Below are positions 1 through 9,495 of a stretch of DNA of 64,000 nt, piece by piece; within the stretch, counting starts at the first letter, position 1; every line of letters begins with the position of its first letter. Source of the stretch: an uncultured Candidatus Saccharibacteria bacterium (lineage in GTDB: Bacteria > Patescibacteriota > Minisyncoccia > Phycocordibacterales > DSPV01); assembly GCA_964574355.1 (NCBI GenBank), contig CAZNMD010000003.1:5316-69315 (forward strand). Direction: 5' to 3'. The position numbers and the translations under genes are program-made. A model generated the notes under the pieces. It saw only the letters and a list, made by a program, of their open reading frames with translations. It was not told where the DNA came from and did not search any database.

Positions 1-3000
1 TGTGGGCAAAGCCAACAAGTCTTGTCGCGGGCGCACCGTTTATTTCAAAAGCAACAAATTCTGGTGGGGGGCAGGGGTGGTCGTTCGGTTTGCATAACGG
101 TACAGTGAGTAGTCTTAATTTTACGGTGTATGGATTTACGGTAAGTGATCTAACGGTAACAACAGTATCTGGAACTGTTGTTGTAGATGAGTGGGCTCAT
201 TATGTTGTGACGTGGGATGGGACAAATCAGTCGAGCGGTGTGAAGGTTTATAAAAATGGAGCCCTTCTTTCGACTGTTATTTCTCAAAATGGTGGTTCTT
301 CTAGTGCTCAGAGTGATGTTTCGAGAGATTTAAAATTTGCTCGAGAGAGTGGGTATGGCTCGAATTATTTCAATGGAGCCCTTGACGATGTTCGAATTTA
401 TAATCGGGTACTCGCAGAAAGTGATGTTCAAGGATTGTATGGAATGATTCATACTCCAAGTGGTCCACCCTCCGGTGATACGAGCGCACCTTCTGTTCCT
501 TTTAGTGTTTCTGCTCTTCTTGGTTCTCCTTCGGAAGCGACTATTGCATGGAGTGCTTCATCTGACGACGTTGGAGTAGTGGGGTATCGTGTCTATCGAA
601 ATGCAACATTACTTACGAGTGTAACAGGAACTACTTTTTTTGATACGGCCCTCTCTTCCAATACAACGTATACATATACGGTTTCTGCGTATGATGCGGC
701 GGGTAATGTATCTTTGCCTTCAGTTGCGGCAGTGGTGACGACACCGCTTCCGGTTACTCCGACCTATAGTCTTACTGTTTCAAGATCTGGTACAGGAACA
801 GGATCGGTGATTGGTAGTGGCATTACTTGTGGTACAGATTGTAGCGAGTCTCTCGTTGGTGGGAGCAGCGTGTTGTTACAAGCAAATCCGGGATCAGGTT
901 CATCTTTTGGGGGATGGAGTGGGGCGTGTACAGGTACAGGTTCATGTAGCTTTTTGATGAATAGTAATACTACGGTCCAAGCACTTTTTTCTGGAAGCGT
1001 ATCTTCGTCTCTTACTGCTCCTGTGAATCTTCGTGCTCACGAGACACATCAGGACGCTTCGTTGTATGGATTTGAGTTTCGGTGGGATGATCCTTCAAAA
1101 GGATTAATGGATGGATTTTTAGTTGAAAAATCTACGGATGGAGTAATGTACGAATTTGTGGCTACTACTCCCTATAACGATACGCATTACACAATAACGG
1201 TACCGAATGGTACGACTAATTGGCTTCGAATAAAAGCTTTCAAAGGAGGTGTCTATTCGGAACCAACGGCGGCAATGAAATTTACAACCATTATTGCTCC
1301 GTTGTACTACAAGGTCGCAGCAACCGAAAGTGGTAAGGTGCTGCTCACCTGGCGAGACATTTCAACTGATGAAACTGGTTTTATGATTGAGCGCAGTACA
1401 AATGGAAAAGATTTTCAAGTTATTGCCAAAAAACCAACTGCAGATTTTTTAACTCAGTCGTATTATCCAGACAAAATCTTTACTGATGATAATGCAGGAG
1501 CTGGTCTTTTGTTGGGTACAACGTATCACTATCGATTGACTGCCTACAATGCACTTGGTGTGTCTCCCTATCCTGAAGTTTTTGCCGTTGCTCCGGGTAT
1601 GGTTCCTGCGGCACCTTTGGCTACCCTTACTCTTACAAAAGATACAACGAATGGTGTAACTCCAAATACCGTACTTATTCAGGTGACCGATAATTCAAAT
1701 AATGAACAAGGCTTTGTTGCTGAACGGTCAACTGACGGGGTGACATGGACGCTCGCGGGGACCGTGTCTGCTGCGGCGGGCGAAAAGTGGATGTATGATC
1801 GAGGAATTACCCCCGGTGTTACATACCAGTACCGAATCGCTGCCTACAATCAGACGGGACGTTCGTCGTATGTAATGAAAACTATCTCTATACCCGCAGT
1901 TCCTCCTGTTGGAACGCGTTTGTGGTATGTGTCAAAAGGAGCTTTGGGGAGTCCAACGGGTGCGTCTTGGACAAATGCATGGAGAAGTTTAAATGAAATT
2001 AACTGGGTAGCTATAAAGCCAGGAGATACGTTGTATCTTGATGGTGGAACATACAATGAAGTTTTGTATGTATATAGTTCCGGTACAGTTTCTCAGCCGG
2101 TCACGATTCGTCCTGGTTCGGCATCGCCTTCTCCTTCCGGTCATAGTAGTCGTGTTGTTGTAAATGGTATACAAATTCGAGCGAAGAATGTGGTTGTTGA
2201 TGGCGGTTTGCAGCCGTCATTTGTTCCGGTACGAGCCTATGACATCGTTCCAAATATCAATATGGAAGTCACTAATTGTCCAAATTCGTGCGTATTTTCT
2301 TCAGACGCTGAGGGAATTACGGTGCGGTTTCTTAATGTGCATCATCCTGCTGTGTTGGGGGCCAATGGTATTTCTTTGGTAGGGAACAATGCTGATCGCT
2401 TAACTATTTACGGTAATCATATTCACGATATAACTCAAGATGGTATTGGATATCAAACTGGAGTTGGTGCAGGATTTGATTCTATTAAAGTTTCTTTCAA
2501 TCTCATTGAAAGAACAAACGATGATGGTATTGAGGCTGGCGGACATGCAACAATTAACAATAATGTTATTTCGGGAAATGGTGTTGCTGGAATTGGTCAT
2601 CCTGACGGTATGCAGCTGAAGGGTGACTATATAAAAATTTATAATAATTCAATTTATAATCGTTCTCGTTCGTCGTATGTTATTTCGATTGAAACCTATG
2701 GTCCAACATCCGGTCACTGGCATATTTTTAATAACCAACTTTATTTTTCAACATTAGCGGGAGGCAAAGCGGCTACCGCCTCAGAAGGTATTTTCTTGGG
2801 AGCACGTTCCCAGAAAGGGAATATTGTTTCGTTTCAAACAGAACAGGTATGGGACGATATTATTATTGCAAATAATACATTCGTTAATTTGCAAAATAGT
2901 AGTGTTATTGTTTTTGGCACTCGTGTTGAAGAGGTGGCGAAGGTTAGAATTTTACAACTTCTTATTGCTAATAATCTTTCATATAACAATACGGGTACAA

Positions 3001-5345
3001 GTGGTAGTACGATCAGTTTGAAAGGAGACGCAGCTTCTTCTGTGGTTTATGATAATCCGTCCAGTCTTGTTTTTAAGAATAATGTTGTTGCTGGTTCAAA
3101 CACCAACGTGACCTATAAAGGGGTGACGTACCCTACAGTTGAAGCGCTCGATGCGGCTGTTGGTTTTCAAAATAATTCAAGCAACCCTCCTATCTTTGTA
3201 AGTTATGAAGGTGCAGATTTCAGGCCAGCAAATAGTGATACTGTGGTAAAAAATCGTGGTGCAGATTTGTCATCTTTTTTTGCTTTTGATTATGCGAACA
3301 CTCCTCGTCCGGTTGGAACTTCTTGGGATATAGGAGCTTTTGAATCGGTAGGAGATGATGGTGCACCACCTATTCTTGCACCTGTAACTGCCGTTCTTAC
3401 TGTTCAAAAAGGGGGAACAGGAGTGGGTATTGTTACAGGGGTTGGTATTTCTTGCGGAAGTGATTGCTCGCATGTTGCTTCTGTTGGTGCATCAATAACG
3501 CTCACTGCAACACCTCAGGCGGGATCGGTTTTTTCTGGTTGGTCTGGTGGGGGTTGTTCAGGAACGGGGACGTGTAGCGTTTCACTTACAAGTGCACTTT
3601 CTGTTGTTGCTCTGTTTAGTTTACAAGGGGCGTCACCAATTTCGAGTGATTTACTCTTAAAAATTGATTTTGATACAGATACATTTGGCAATAGTTTTGC
3701 CGATCGATCTGGTCGTGGACAGATTGCAACTTGCCAACCCGCGTATTCACTTAATGGACTGATGCATAATCAGTGTCCAGCAAGCTCAATTGGGCCAGAT
3801 GGAAGTAAAGCCGCTCAATTTATAGGTAAAACATGTGTTGTCGATAGTGATTATATTGGTGTGGTGGACAATGCTTTTTTGAAAAATATGCAAAAAGGCA
3901 CAATTTCTGTTTGGGGATATTACGACCCAACCGCTTATGTTGGAGCTCAGCTTCTTGACTCGTGGTCATATGTGCCGGGAACATGGGGACTTGGACGTAA
4001 TTGGAATGCTTCAGGTGATGCCTGGATGCGAACTCGATTTGCTGTTGCCGATACATCAGTTACGACAAGTGGTTTTGGGCCGTATCTATTCTTGTTTCCT
4101 GATAAAGGCCAATCTCGTTGGAGTTTATATACAATTACCTGGGATGGTTCGCGGGTGAAGGGTTACTTTGATGGTGTCCAAATCGCTGATGTTCCCCAGA
4201 TTCTTAATGTAAGTACGAATAGTTTTTATTTGGCATTAGGGGCATTTACTCATTACGAACCAAGAAATGCTTTGGATGAAAGTTGTTCAACTTATTATGG
4301 TGTACCAAAAACTGAACAGCGTATTATGCCTAACAACGGCTTTCTTACGGGCAAGTTGGATGATGTTCGTATTTATAATCGACCACTTTCAGATGAGGAA
4401 GTTGTTCAATTGTATAAAGCGGCAGGAATGTCTCCGGTCTCTTCTAAGTTCGCACCTGGTTCACGAGTTCAAGTTTTGCAAACATTGAATACCCGAAGCG
4501 TTCCAACGACAGCTGGTTTTGCTTCAGGTACACACGGAAAAGGAGCTCTTGGAGTAATTGTTGCTGGTCCGATCGCGGCAGATGGTTATATTTGGTGGCG
4601 TGTTGATTATGATTCGGGTCAAGACGGTTGGTCTGTTGAAGATTTTCTTGGAAGTTCTAGTTCGCCGATACCTCCTAATCTTCCCTTACCTACAACACCA
4701 TCAGTTCCTGAATCACCGGTCCCACCAACACCATCAGTTCCATCGACTCCTCCTTCTGGAGGAGGGGGTGGCGGGGTTACTCCCGCTAGTCCTCAACCTG
4801 AAAAACCTCGTTTGACTACGTCAGTTAGTTCTGGAGGTGGCGGTGGGGCTTCGGTGTCTCCTTCAGGAACAGTTGTGCCGCCAAATACGATTCCTTCGGT
4901 TGCCTCAGAAGCTCGTTCCTCAGATGCTCCGGTGTTTCGCTTTACGCTGCCTCTTTATCGGGGGGCAACAGGCCCAGAGGTAGTTTCTTTGCAAAAAATT
5001 CTTATCTCTGAAAAACTTCTTTCTTCTGATGCGGCTACAGGTCTTTATGGATTACAGACGATGCGAGCGGTTGAATCTTATCAATTACGATATGGTATTG
5101 TTGCCGGCGGTGACGCTGCAACGACCGGATTTGGTTTGGTTGGTAAACAAACACGTACGCACCTTAATACTCAAATAGAGCAGAGAAAGTATGATTCAGT
5201 TTTTGGAGCAAAAACATCTTCAGCTGGTTCGTTAGGAGAGGCGGATCGTATTGCCTCTCTACAAAGACAAATTATCGAATTGCAAAAGATCGTTCAACTT
5301 CTTGTGTTGCAGTTGGCTCAAATGAAATTACCAAAGTCCCAGTAA
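1..5345 (+). CDS. Giant multidomain cell-surface protein, 5'-partial: the reading frame is open from nt 3, so the gene continues upstream of the window. Domain order read from the translation: LamG/concanavalin-like jellyroll (…FNGALDDVRIYNRVL…), FN3 repeats, InlB-type B-repeat (…TCGTDCS…GWSGACTGTGSCS…), more FN3 repeats, right-handed parallel beta-helix (NosD/pectate-lyase-like: …GNHIHDITQDGIGYQTG…INNNVISGNG…), a second InlB B-repeat, a second LamG (…GKLDDVRIYNRPL…), an SH3-like segment, a Pro/Gly-rich linker, a PG_binding_1-like peptidoglycan-binding domain (…LYRGATGPEVVSLQKIL…) and a C-terminal coiled coil.
   Basis: Six-frame ORF 90..5345 (TTG at 90), with no in-frame stop back to nt 3. 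Domain motifs were recognised directly in the translation. Confidence 0.8.
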   Translation, partial: WAKPTSLVAGAPFISKATNSGGGQGWSFGLHNGTVSSLNFTVYGFTVSDLTVTTVSGTVVVDEWAHYVVTWDGTNQSSGVKVYKNGALLSTVISQNGGSSSAQSDVSRDLKFARESGYGSNYFNGALDDVRIYNRVLAESDVQGLYGMIHTPSGPPSGDTSAPSVPFSVSALLGSPSEATIAWSASSDDVGVVGYRVYRNATLLTSVTGTTFFDTALSSNTTYTYTVSAYDAAGNVSLPSVAAVVTTPLPVTPTYSLTVSRSGTGTGSVIGSGITCGTDCSESLVGGSSVLLQANPGSGSSFGGWSGACTGTGSCSFLMNSNTTVQALFSGSVSSSLTAPVNLRAHETHQDASLYGFEFRWDDPSKGLMDGFLVEKSTDGVMYEFVATTPYNDTHYTITVPNGTTNWLRIKAFKGGVYSEPTAAMKFTTIIAPLYYKVAATESGKVLLTWRDISTDETGFMIERSTNGKDFQVIAKKPTADFLTQSYYPDKIFTDDNAGAGLLLGTTYHYRLTAYNALGVSPYPEVFAVAPGMVPAAPLATLTLTKDTTNGVTPNTVLIQVTDNSNNEQGFVAERSTDGVTWTLAGTVSAAAGEKWMYDRGITPGVTYQYRIAAYNQTGRSSYVMKTISIPAVPPVGTRLWYVSKGALGSPTGASWTNAWRSLNEINWVAIKPGDTLYLDGGTYNEVLYVYSSGTVSQPVTIRPGSASPSPSGHSSRVVVNGIQIRAKNVVVDGGLQPSFVPVRAYDIVPNINMEVTNCPNSCVFSSDAEGITVRFLNVHHPAVLGANGISLVGNNADRLTIYGNHIHDITQDGIGYQTGVGAGFDSIKVSFNLIERTNDDGIEAGGHATINNNVISGNGVAGIGHPDGMQLKGDYIKIYNNSIYNRSRSSYVISIETYGPTSGHWHIFNNQLYFSTLAGGKAATASEGIFLGARSQKGNIVSFQTEQVWDDIIIANNTFVNLQNSSVIVFGTRVEEVAKVRILQLLIANNLSYNNTGTSGSTISLKGDAASSVVYDNPSSLVFKNNVVAGSNTNVTYKGVTYPTVEALDAAVGFQNNSSNPPIFVSYEGADFRPANSDTVVKNRGADLSSFFAFDYANTPRPVGTSWDIGAFESVGDDGAPPILAPVTAVLTVQKGGTGVGIVTGVGISCGSDCSHVASVGASITLTATPQAGSVFSGWSGGGCSGTGTCSVSLTSALSVVALFSLQGASPISSDLLLKIDFDTDTFGNSFADRSGRGQIATCQPAYSLNGLMHNQCPASSIGPDGSKAAQFIGKTCVVDSDYIGVVDNAFLKNMQKGTISVWGYYDPTAYVGAQLLDSWSYVPGTWGLGRNWNASGDAWMRTRFAVADTSVTTSGFGPYLFLFPDKGQSRWSLYTITWDGSRVKGYFDGVQIADVPQILNVSTNSFYLALGAFTHYEPRNALDESCSTYYGVPKTEQRIMPNNGFLTGKLDDVRIYNRPLSDEEVVQLYKAAGMSPVSSKFAPGSRVQVLQTLNTRSVPTTAGFASGTHGKGALGVIVAGPIAADGYIWWRVDYDSGQDGWSVEDFLGSSSSPIPPNLPLPTTPSVPESPVPPTPSVPSTPPSGGGGGGVTPASPQPEKPRLTTSVSSGGGGGASVSPSGTVVPPNTIPSVASEARSSDAPVFRFTLPLYRGATGPEVVSLQKILISEKLLSSDAATGLYGLQTMRAVESYQLRYGIVAGGDAATTGFGLVGKQTRTHLNTQIEQRKYDSVFGAKTSSAGSLGEADRIASLQRQIIELQKIVQLLVLQLAQMKLPKSQ

Positions 5346-5437
5346 GTGTCCGGTCGTTAAGAGATCTTTACAGTTCTTGTGTATAAACAGAGATTGTTTG
5401 TCACCTATACACGGTATACTGAGAATACTTTCATCTT

Positions 5438-7867
5438 ATGAATAAAGAAGACGCGTTCATTCTTTGGTATAAAGATCTTTCAATTGCCGATGTTGCTTTT
5501 GCGGGCGGTAAAAATGCTGCCCTAGGAGAAATGGTAAGTAATCTTGGAGCAATGGGTATTTCTGTGCCGAACGGATACGCAGTCACCGCAAAAGCCTATC
5601 GTTACTTTCTTGAAGCAACAGGGCTAAAAGATAAAATTGCTCATATTCTTTCTGATTTAAATACAAGTGATATCCAAAACCTCCAAGCAAAAGGGAGAGA
5701 GGTAAGAGAAACTATCTTAGCGGCAACTATCCCGAAAGATCTCGATGATGCGATTCGGGTGGCGTACGCTGAAATGGAAAAGATGTATGGGGTCAATACT
5801 GACGTTGCTGTTCGTTCGTCAGCTACAGCAGAAGATTTGCCCGGAGCATCATTTGCTGGTCAGCAAGAGACTTATTTGAATGTTGTAGGAGCTGACGCTG
5901 TTATGGTTGCAACAAAAAAATGTATTGCGTCTCTGTTTACCGATCGTGCTATTTCTTATCGTGTTGATAAGGGATTTTCGCATACAGATTCAGCGCTTTC
6001 GGTAGGTGTTCAAAAAATGGTTCGTTCAGATATGGGGGCTTCAGGAGTTGCTTTTTCAATTGATACAGAAACAGGTTTTGATAAGGTGGTGGTCATTAAT
6101 GCGTCTTATGGTCTTGGAGAAATGGTGGTGCAAGGGAAAGTAACACCGGATGAATTTACTGTTTTTAAACCAACGCTTCAAGAAGGGTATCGTTCGATTA
6201 TTGCTCGCGATTTGGGGCCAAAAGAAGTAAAGATGATATATGATGGCTCGTCGACGAAAATTATTGATACACCAGACGAAGATCGAAAGCGTTTTAGTTT
6301 AACTGACGATGAGATTTTAAAACTTGCCGATTGGGTAACAAAAATCGAAACCTATTTTTCCAATAAGCATGGACATTATCAACCGATGGATACTGAGTGG
6401 GCAAAAGATGGTATTACCGGAGAGTTGTTTATTGTTCAGGCGCGCCCAGAAACAGTGCACGCGATGAAGGATAAGAACATAATGAAAACGTATCGGTTGA
6501 AAGAGAAAGGGAAAGTTTTGGTCACGGGAACCGCCGTTGGAAGCAAGATCGCAAGTGGTAAGGTCCGCGTTATTAAAGATGCGTCAAAGATAGGTGAGTT
6601 CCAAAAAGGAGAAGTGTTGGTCACAGAAATTACTGATCCTGATTGGGAGCCAATTATGAAAATTGCTTCAGCGATTGTGACTGATAAGGGTGGTCGTACA
6701 TCGCATGCCGCAATTGTGTCACGCGAACTTGGAATTACCTGCGTTGTTGGTACTGAAAAAGCAACTACTGTTCTTCAGACGGGTCAGGATGTTACCGTCG
6801 ATTCTTCGAGTGGTAAAACAGGTTTCATTTATGAGGGGGTTGTGCCATTTGATGTTGTTGAAGAGCGTCTCGATACGATTCCAACAACACGGACAAAAAT
6901 CATGTTGAATATCGGTTCACCAGAAGAAGCGTTTGAAAAATATCAGCTTCCGGTTCAAGGTGTTGGATTAGGACGACTTGAATTTATTATCATGGGCCAT
7001 ATTCAGATTCACCCAAACGCGCTCATTGATTATGAAAAAATAAAGGCTGAAATGGGGAATGATGAGTATAAACAGAAAGTCATTCGAAAGATTGATGAAA
7101 TGGCACCAAATTATCCTGACAAGAGAGACTTTTATGTTGATGAATTAGCCGAAGGAATTGGAAAAATTGCAGCTGCATTTTACCCACATGAAGTAATCAT
7201 TCGTTTTTCTGACTTTAAAACAAATGAGTATAGGACGCTTGTTGGAGGAGAGTTGTATGAACCTCATGAGGAAAATCCAATGATTGGGTGGCGTGGTTCG
7301 TCGCGTTATTACGATCCAAAATTTAAGGAAGCGTTCGGTCTTGAAGTGAAGGCCATGAAGAAGGTTCGCGAGGGTATGGGTCTTAAAAATGTTGTTGGGC
7401 TTATTCCTTTTTGTCGCACGGTAGAGGAGGGACAAAAGGTTGTTGAAACAATTAAAGAATTTGGCCTTGATCGAGCCTCTGATCCTTCATTTAAGTTGTA
7501 CCTTATGTGTGAGATACCTTCGAATGTTATTTTGATTGAGCAATTTTTGGAAATTTTTGATGGTATGTCAATTGGATCAAATGATCTTACCCAGTTAACG
7601 CTTGGTATGGATCGTGATTCTGGTATTGTGTCGCATATTGGTAATGAGCAAAATCCGGCAGTTAAAAAATTAATTCAAGATACAATTTGGAAATGCAAAG
7701 AGCGTGGCAAGTATATTGGGTTATGTGGTCAAGGGCCATCAGATTTTCCTGAGTTTGCGCAATTTCTGGTGGAAAGCGGTATCCAAAGTATGTCACTAAA
7801 TCCAGATACGATTTTGAAAACACTTATTGCGACCGCTGAGACTGAAAAGAGAGTAGGGTTTAGATAG
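5438..7867 (+). CDS. ppsA: Phosphoenolpyruvate synthase (pyruvate, water dikinase).
   Basis: 809 aa. N-terminus MNKEDAFILWY…VAFAGGKNAALGEM. The PEP-utilising mobile domain with its catalytic His is present (GGRTSHAAIVSRELGITCVVG). The C-terminal PEP/pyruvate-binding TIM-barrel region is present. Confidence 0.9.
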   Translation: MNKEDAFILWYKDLSIADVAFAGGKNAALGEMVSNLGAMGISVPNGYAVTAKAYRYFLEATGLKDKIAHILSDLNTSDIQNLQAKGREVRETILAATIPKDLDDAIRVAYAEMEKMYGVNTDVAVRSSATAEDLPGASFAGQQETYLNVVGADAVMVATKKCIASLFTDRAISYRVDKGFSHTDSALSVGVQKMVRSDMGASGVAFSIDTETGFDKVVVINASYGLGEMVVQGKVTPDEFTVFKPTLQEGYRSIIARDLGPKEVKMIYDGSSTKIIDTPDEDRKRFSLTDDEILKLADWVTKIETYFSNKHGHYQPMDTEWAKDGITGELFIVQARPETVHAMKDKNIMKTYRLKEKGKVLVTGTAVGSKIASGKVRVIKDASKIGEFQKGEVLVTEITDPDWEPIMKIASAIVTDKGGRTSHAAIVSRELGITCVVGTEKATTVLQTGQDVTVDSSSGKTGFIYEGVVPFDVVEERLDTIPTTRTKIMLNIGSPEEAFEKYQLPVQGVGLGRLEFIIMGHIQIHPNALIDYEKIKAEMGNDEYKQKVIRKIDEMAPNYPDKRDFYVDELAEGIGKIAAAFYPHEVIIRFSDFKTNEYRTLVGGELYEPHEENPMIGWRGSSRYYDPKFKEAFGLEVKAMKKVREGMGLKNVVGLIPFCRTVEEGQKVVETIKEFGLDRASDPSFKLYLMCEIPSNVILIEQFLEIFDGMSIGSNDLTQLTLGMDRDSGIVSHIGNEQNPAVKKLIQDTIWKCKERGKYIGLCGQGPSDFPEFAQFLVESGIQSMSLNPDTILKTLIATAETEKRVGFR

Positions 7868-7887
7868 TTTATTTTGTTCAAAAACAT

Positions 7888-7920
7888 AAAAACAAGGCCG
7901 TACAAAGGCCTTGTTTTTAT
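7888..7920 (+). terminator. Rho-independent terminator of ppsA.
   Basis: AAAAACAAGGCC-gtacaaa-GGCCTTGTTTTT: a 12-bp perfect stem followed by a T-run. Confidence 0.8.
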
Positions 7921-7948
7921 TGACGTAAGTATATAAATATGTTAATAT
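7920..7948 (+). promoter_or_regulatory. Near-consensus sigma-70 promoter, TTGACG-N17-TAATAT, driving the G+C-rich gene 8042..9409.
   Basis: Hexamers at 7920-7925 and 7943-7948 with a 17-nt spacer, read directly. Confidence 0.55.
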
Positions 7949-8007
7949 AGTCGAAGGTAGTACTCGATGGCACTATTGTGTTGTTCGAGGGGTGGTACAT
8001 CGAAAAC

Positions 8008-8021
8008 GGGGATATATCCCC
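8008..8021. promoter_or_regulatory. Perfect 14-bp palindrome GGGGATATATCCCC between the promoter and the RBS of the 8042 gene. It is a candidate operator.
   Basis: Read directly. It lies 20 nt upstream of a GAAAGG RBS and the GTG start. Confidence 0.4.
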
Positions 8022-8041
8022 ATCGGTAGAAAGGTTACACA

Positions 8042-9409
8042 GTGCACCATTCGAAAATTAAAATTATTGTTCATGAACGTCCTCATTGGGATGAAATCGT
8101 CGGAGTTTGGTTGGCACAAACGTATGGTGGTGGGAAGTATGTCGGCCTCGACAAGGCTGCAATTCGTTTTGTCGAAGAAGATCCTCTCGGTGGGGACAAT
8201 CGGTTTGACTCCGAAGGGTTGTATCCGATCGGTACCGGCAAGGGTCGGTGCGACGATAAGGGTCCGGATGGTAAGCGCAAGGCGGGAAAGTGTTCTGCTT
8301 TGCTTGTTGCCGAAGATCTTGGTGTCGAAAAAAACCAAGAACTCATTCTCCTTCTTGAGGAAACGCTTCATTGCGATACCCAAAAGGGGGTTCGTCTCAC
8401 ACAGCTCGCCGAAGCTTTGAAGTTGATAATGCTCAAGTTCGGTACGGCTGGTCAGGAGTTTTTTTTACAGCACTCGTTGACAGTTGTTGGTGCCATTGTG
8501 GCTCAGTGCGCGAATCGCTACACCGCCGGTCGTGGCGAGAAGGGAGCCCTCGACTTCTTTGAGGGTTTCGTCCGGAACGGAAGGTTTACCGACCAACGAA
8601 TTATCGGGTTTATGCGTAAGCAGCTCCAAATCGGAGCAGCTCATACAGAGTCGGTCACGGAGATCGACTTTGTTCTTCGGGCGATGCAGCGAAATGGTAC
8701 GTCTCTCAAAGATACCACCGAGTTTGCTCGCTTCATTCTCCAACACGTCTATCAGGTGCAGGAACACATTCGTGACCTTTCTCAGGTTATCAAGCCTGAC
8801 AACAAAACTCATCGAGGTCAAAACTCGAGGGAGTTTGTCACTACCGGCTTGTTTGATGATTGTGAGAGGCCGGTTCGTTTCATCATCGTTGATAGCGACG
8901 ATCCGTTTGCTCACCGTGCAACATCGTACCTTCGGTATGATGTTCATGTCATCAGGCAGTCAACGGGCAATGTTCAGGTCTTTGCCAACACATCGAAGGG
9001 TGTCAAACTTCATGTGGTGGCGGCGATGATTCGGTGGCTCGAGCTGCCGAGTGATCAAAAGACTGGATTCCTCGATGAGCTCGAGGACGCCGGAATAATT
9101 GAAGGTGTGTCACACTGGTACTACTTCGTGGAGGCACAGATGCTGTTTAATGGTTCGCAAACTCACACAGGTGTGCGACCGACAGAACTTGCTGGTCAGG
9201 CGATCGTTGATGTTCTTCGCCACGCGTTTCACCCACGTGAAATTGGGAAGTGGAAGGCGTTGCATGGAAAGGGTCGCTTTTCGCGTCAGGTTCGGTGTCC
9301 GGAAAGGTCGGTCAAGTCCAATGTCTCGGTCCAGTCTGCCGGGAAGGATTGGCCGACGGATATCGCCGCTGATCTCGAAAGGATTTGCAGTGGTCTCAAC
9401 GGAGAGTAA
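8042..9409 (+). CDS. Hypothetical 455-aa protein with no recognisable family. It is the G+C-rich 'island A'.
   Basis: Long uninterrupted ORF with a GTG start 7 nt after a GAAAGG RBS. It is visibly richer in GC codons than its neighbours. Several long overlapping ORFs on both strands were judged to be by-products of the GC richness. Confidence 0.6.
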   Translation: MHHSKIKIIVHERPHWDEIVGVWLAQTYGGGKYVGLDKAAIRFVEEDPLGGDNRFDSEGLYPIGTGKGRCDDKGPDGKRKAGKCSALLVAEDLGVEKNQELILLLEETLHCDTQKGVRLTQLAEALKLIMLKFGTAGQEFFLQHSLTVVGAIVAQCANRYTAGRGEKGALDFFEGFVRNGRFTDQRIIGFMRKQLQIGAAHTESVTEIDFVLRAMQRNGTSLKDTTEFARFILQHVYQVQEHIRDLSQVIKPDNKTHRGQNSREFVTTGLFDDCERPVRFIIVDSDDPFAHRATSYLRYDVHVIRQSTGNVQVFANTSKGVKLHVVAAMIRWLELPSDQKTGFLDELEDAGIIEGVSHWYYFVEAQMLFNGSQTHTGVRPTELAGQAIVDVLRHAFHPREIGKWKALHGKGRFSRQVRCPERSVKSNVSVQSAGKDWPTDIAADLERICSGLNGE

Positions 9410-9433
9410 TCTCCACACGTCTTTATGACGATC

Positions 9434-9471
9434 GAGGAGCGTACAGCGATAAGCTGGCGCTCCTTTTTTTA
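9434..9471 (+). terminator. Rho-independent terminator of the 8042..9409 gene.
   Basis: GAGGAGCG…(inner CAGC-gataa-GCTG)…CGCTCCTT followed by TTTTTTT. Confidence 0.7.
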
Positions 9472-9495
9472 TTCAATCAATGATACGATTCGGTT

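Noticed and set aside
1850-4815. Numerous 60-100-aa ORFs on either strand inside the giant surface-protein gene.
   Set aside because: They are fully contained in a 5.2-kb ORF with coherent domain architecture. They are chance ORFs.
4680-4900. Short tandem nucleotide repeats (ACACCATCAGTTCC ×2, GGAGG/GGTGG runs) as a possible CRISPR or VNTR.
   Set aside because: They encode the Pro/Gly-rich linker (…TPSVP…TPSVP…GGGGGG…) of the giant surface protein. They have no regular spacer-repeat architecture.
7973-9029. Long ORFs overlapping island A on both strands (7973-8383 -, 8083-8346 -, 8465-8947 -, 8484-9029 +, 7992-8420 +).
   Set aside because: They lie inside the GC-rich 455-aa ORF, where the low stop-codon frequency inflates spurious ORFs. 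None has an RBS or motifs. The 1.37-kb '+' ORF is far longer and has promoter, RBS and terminator context.
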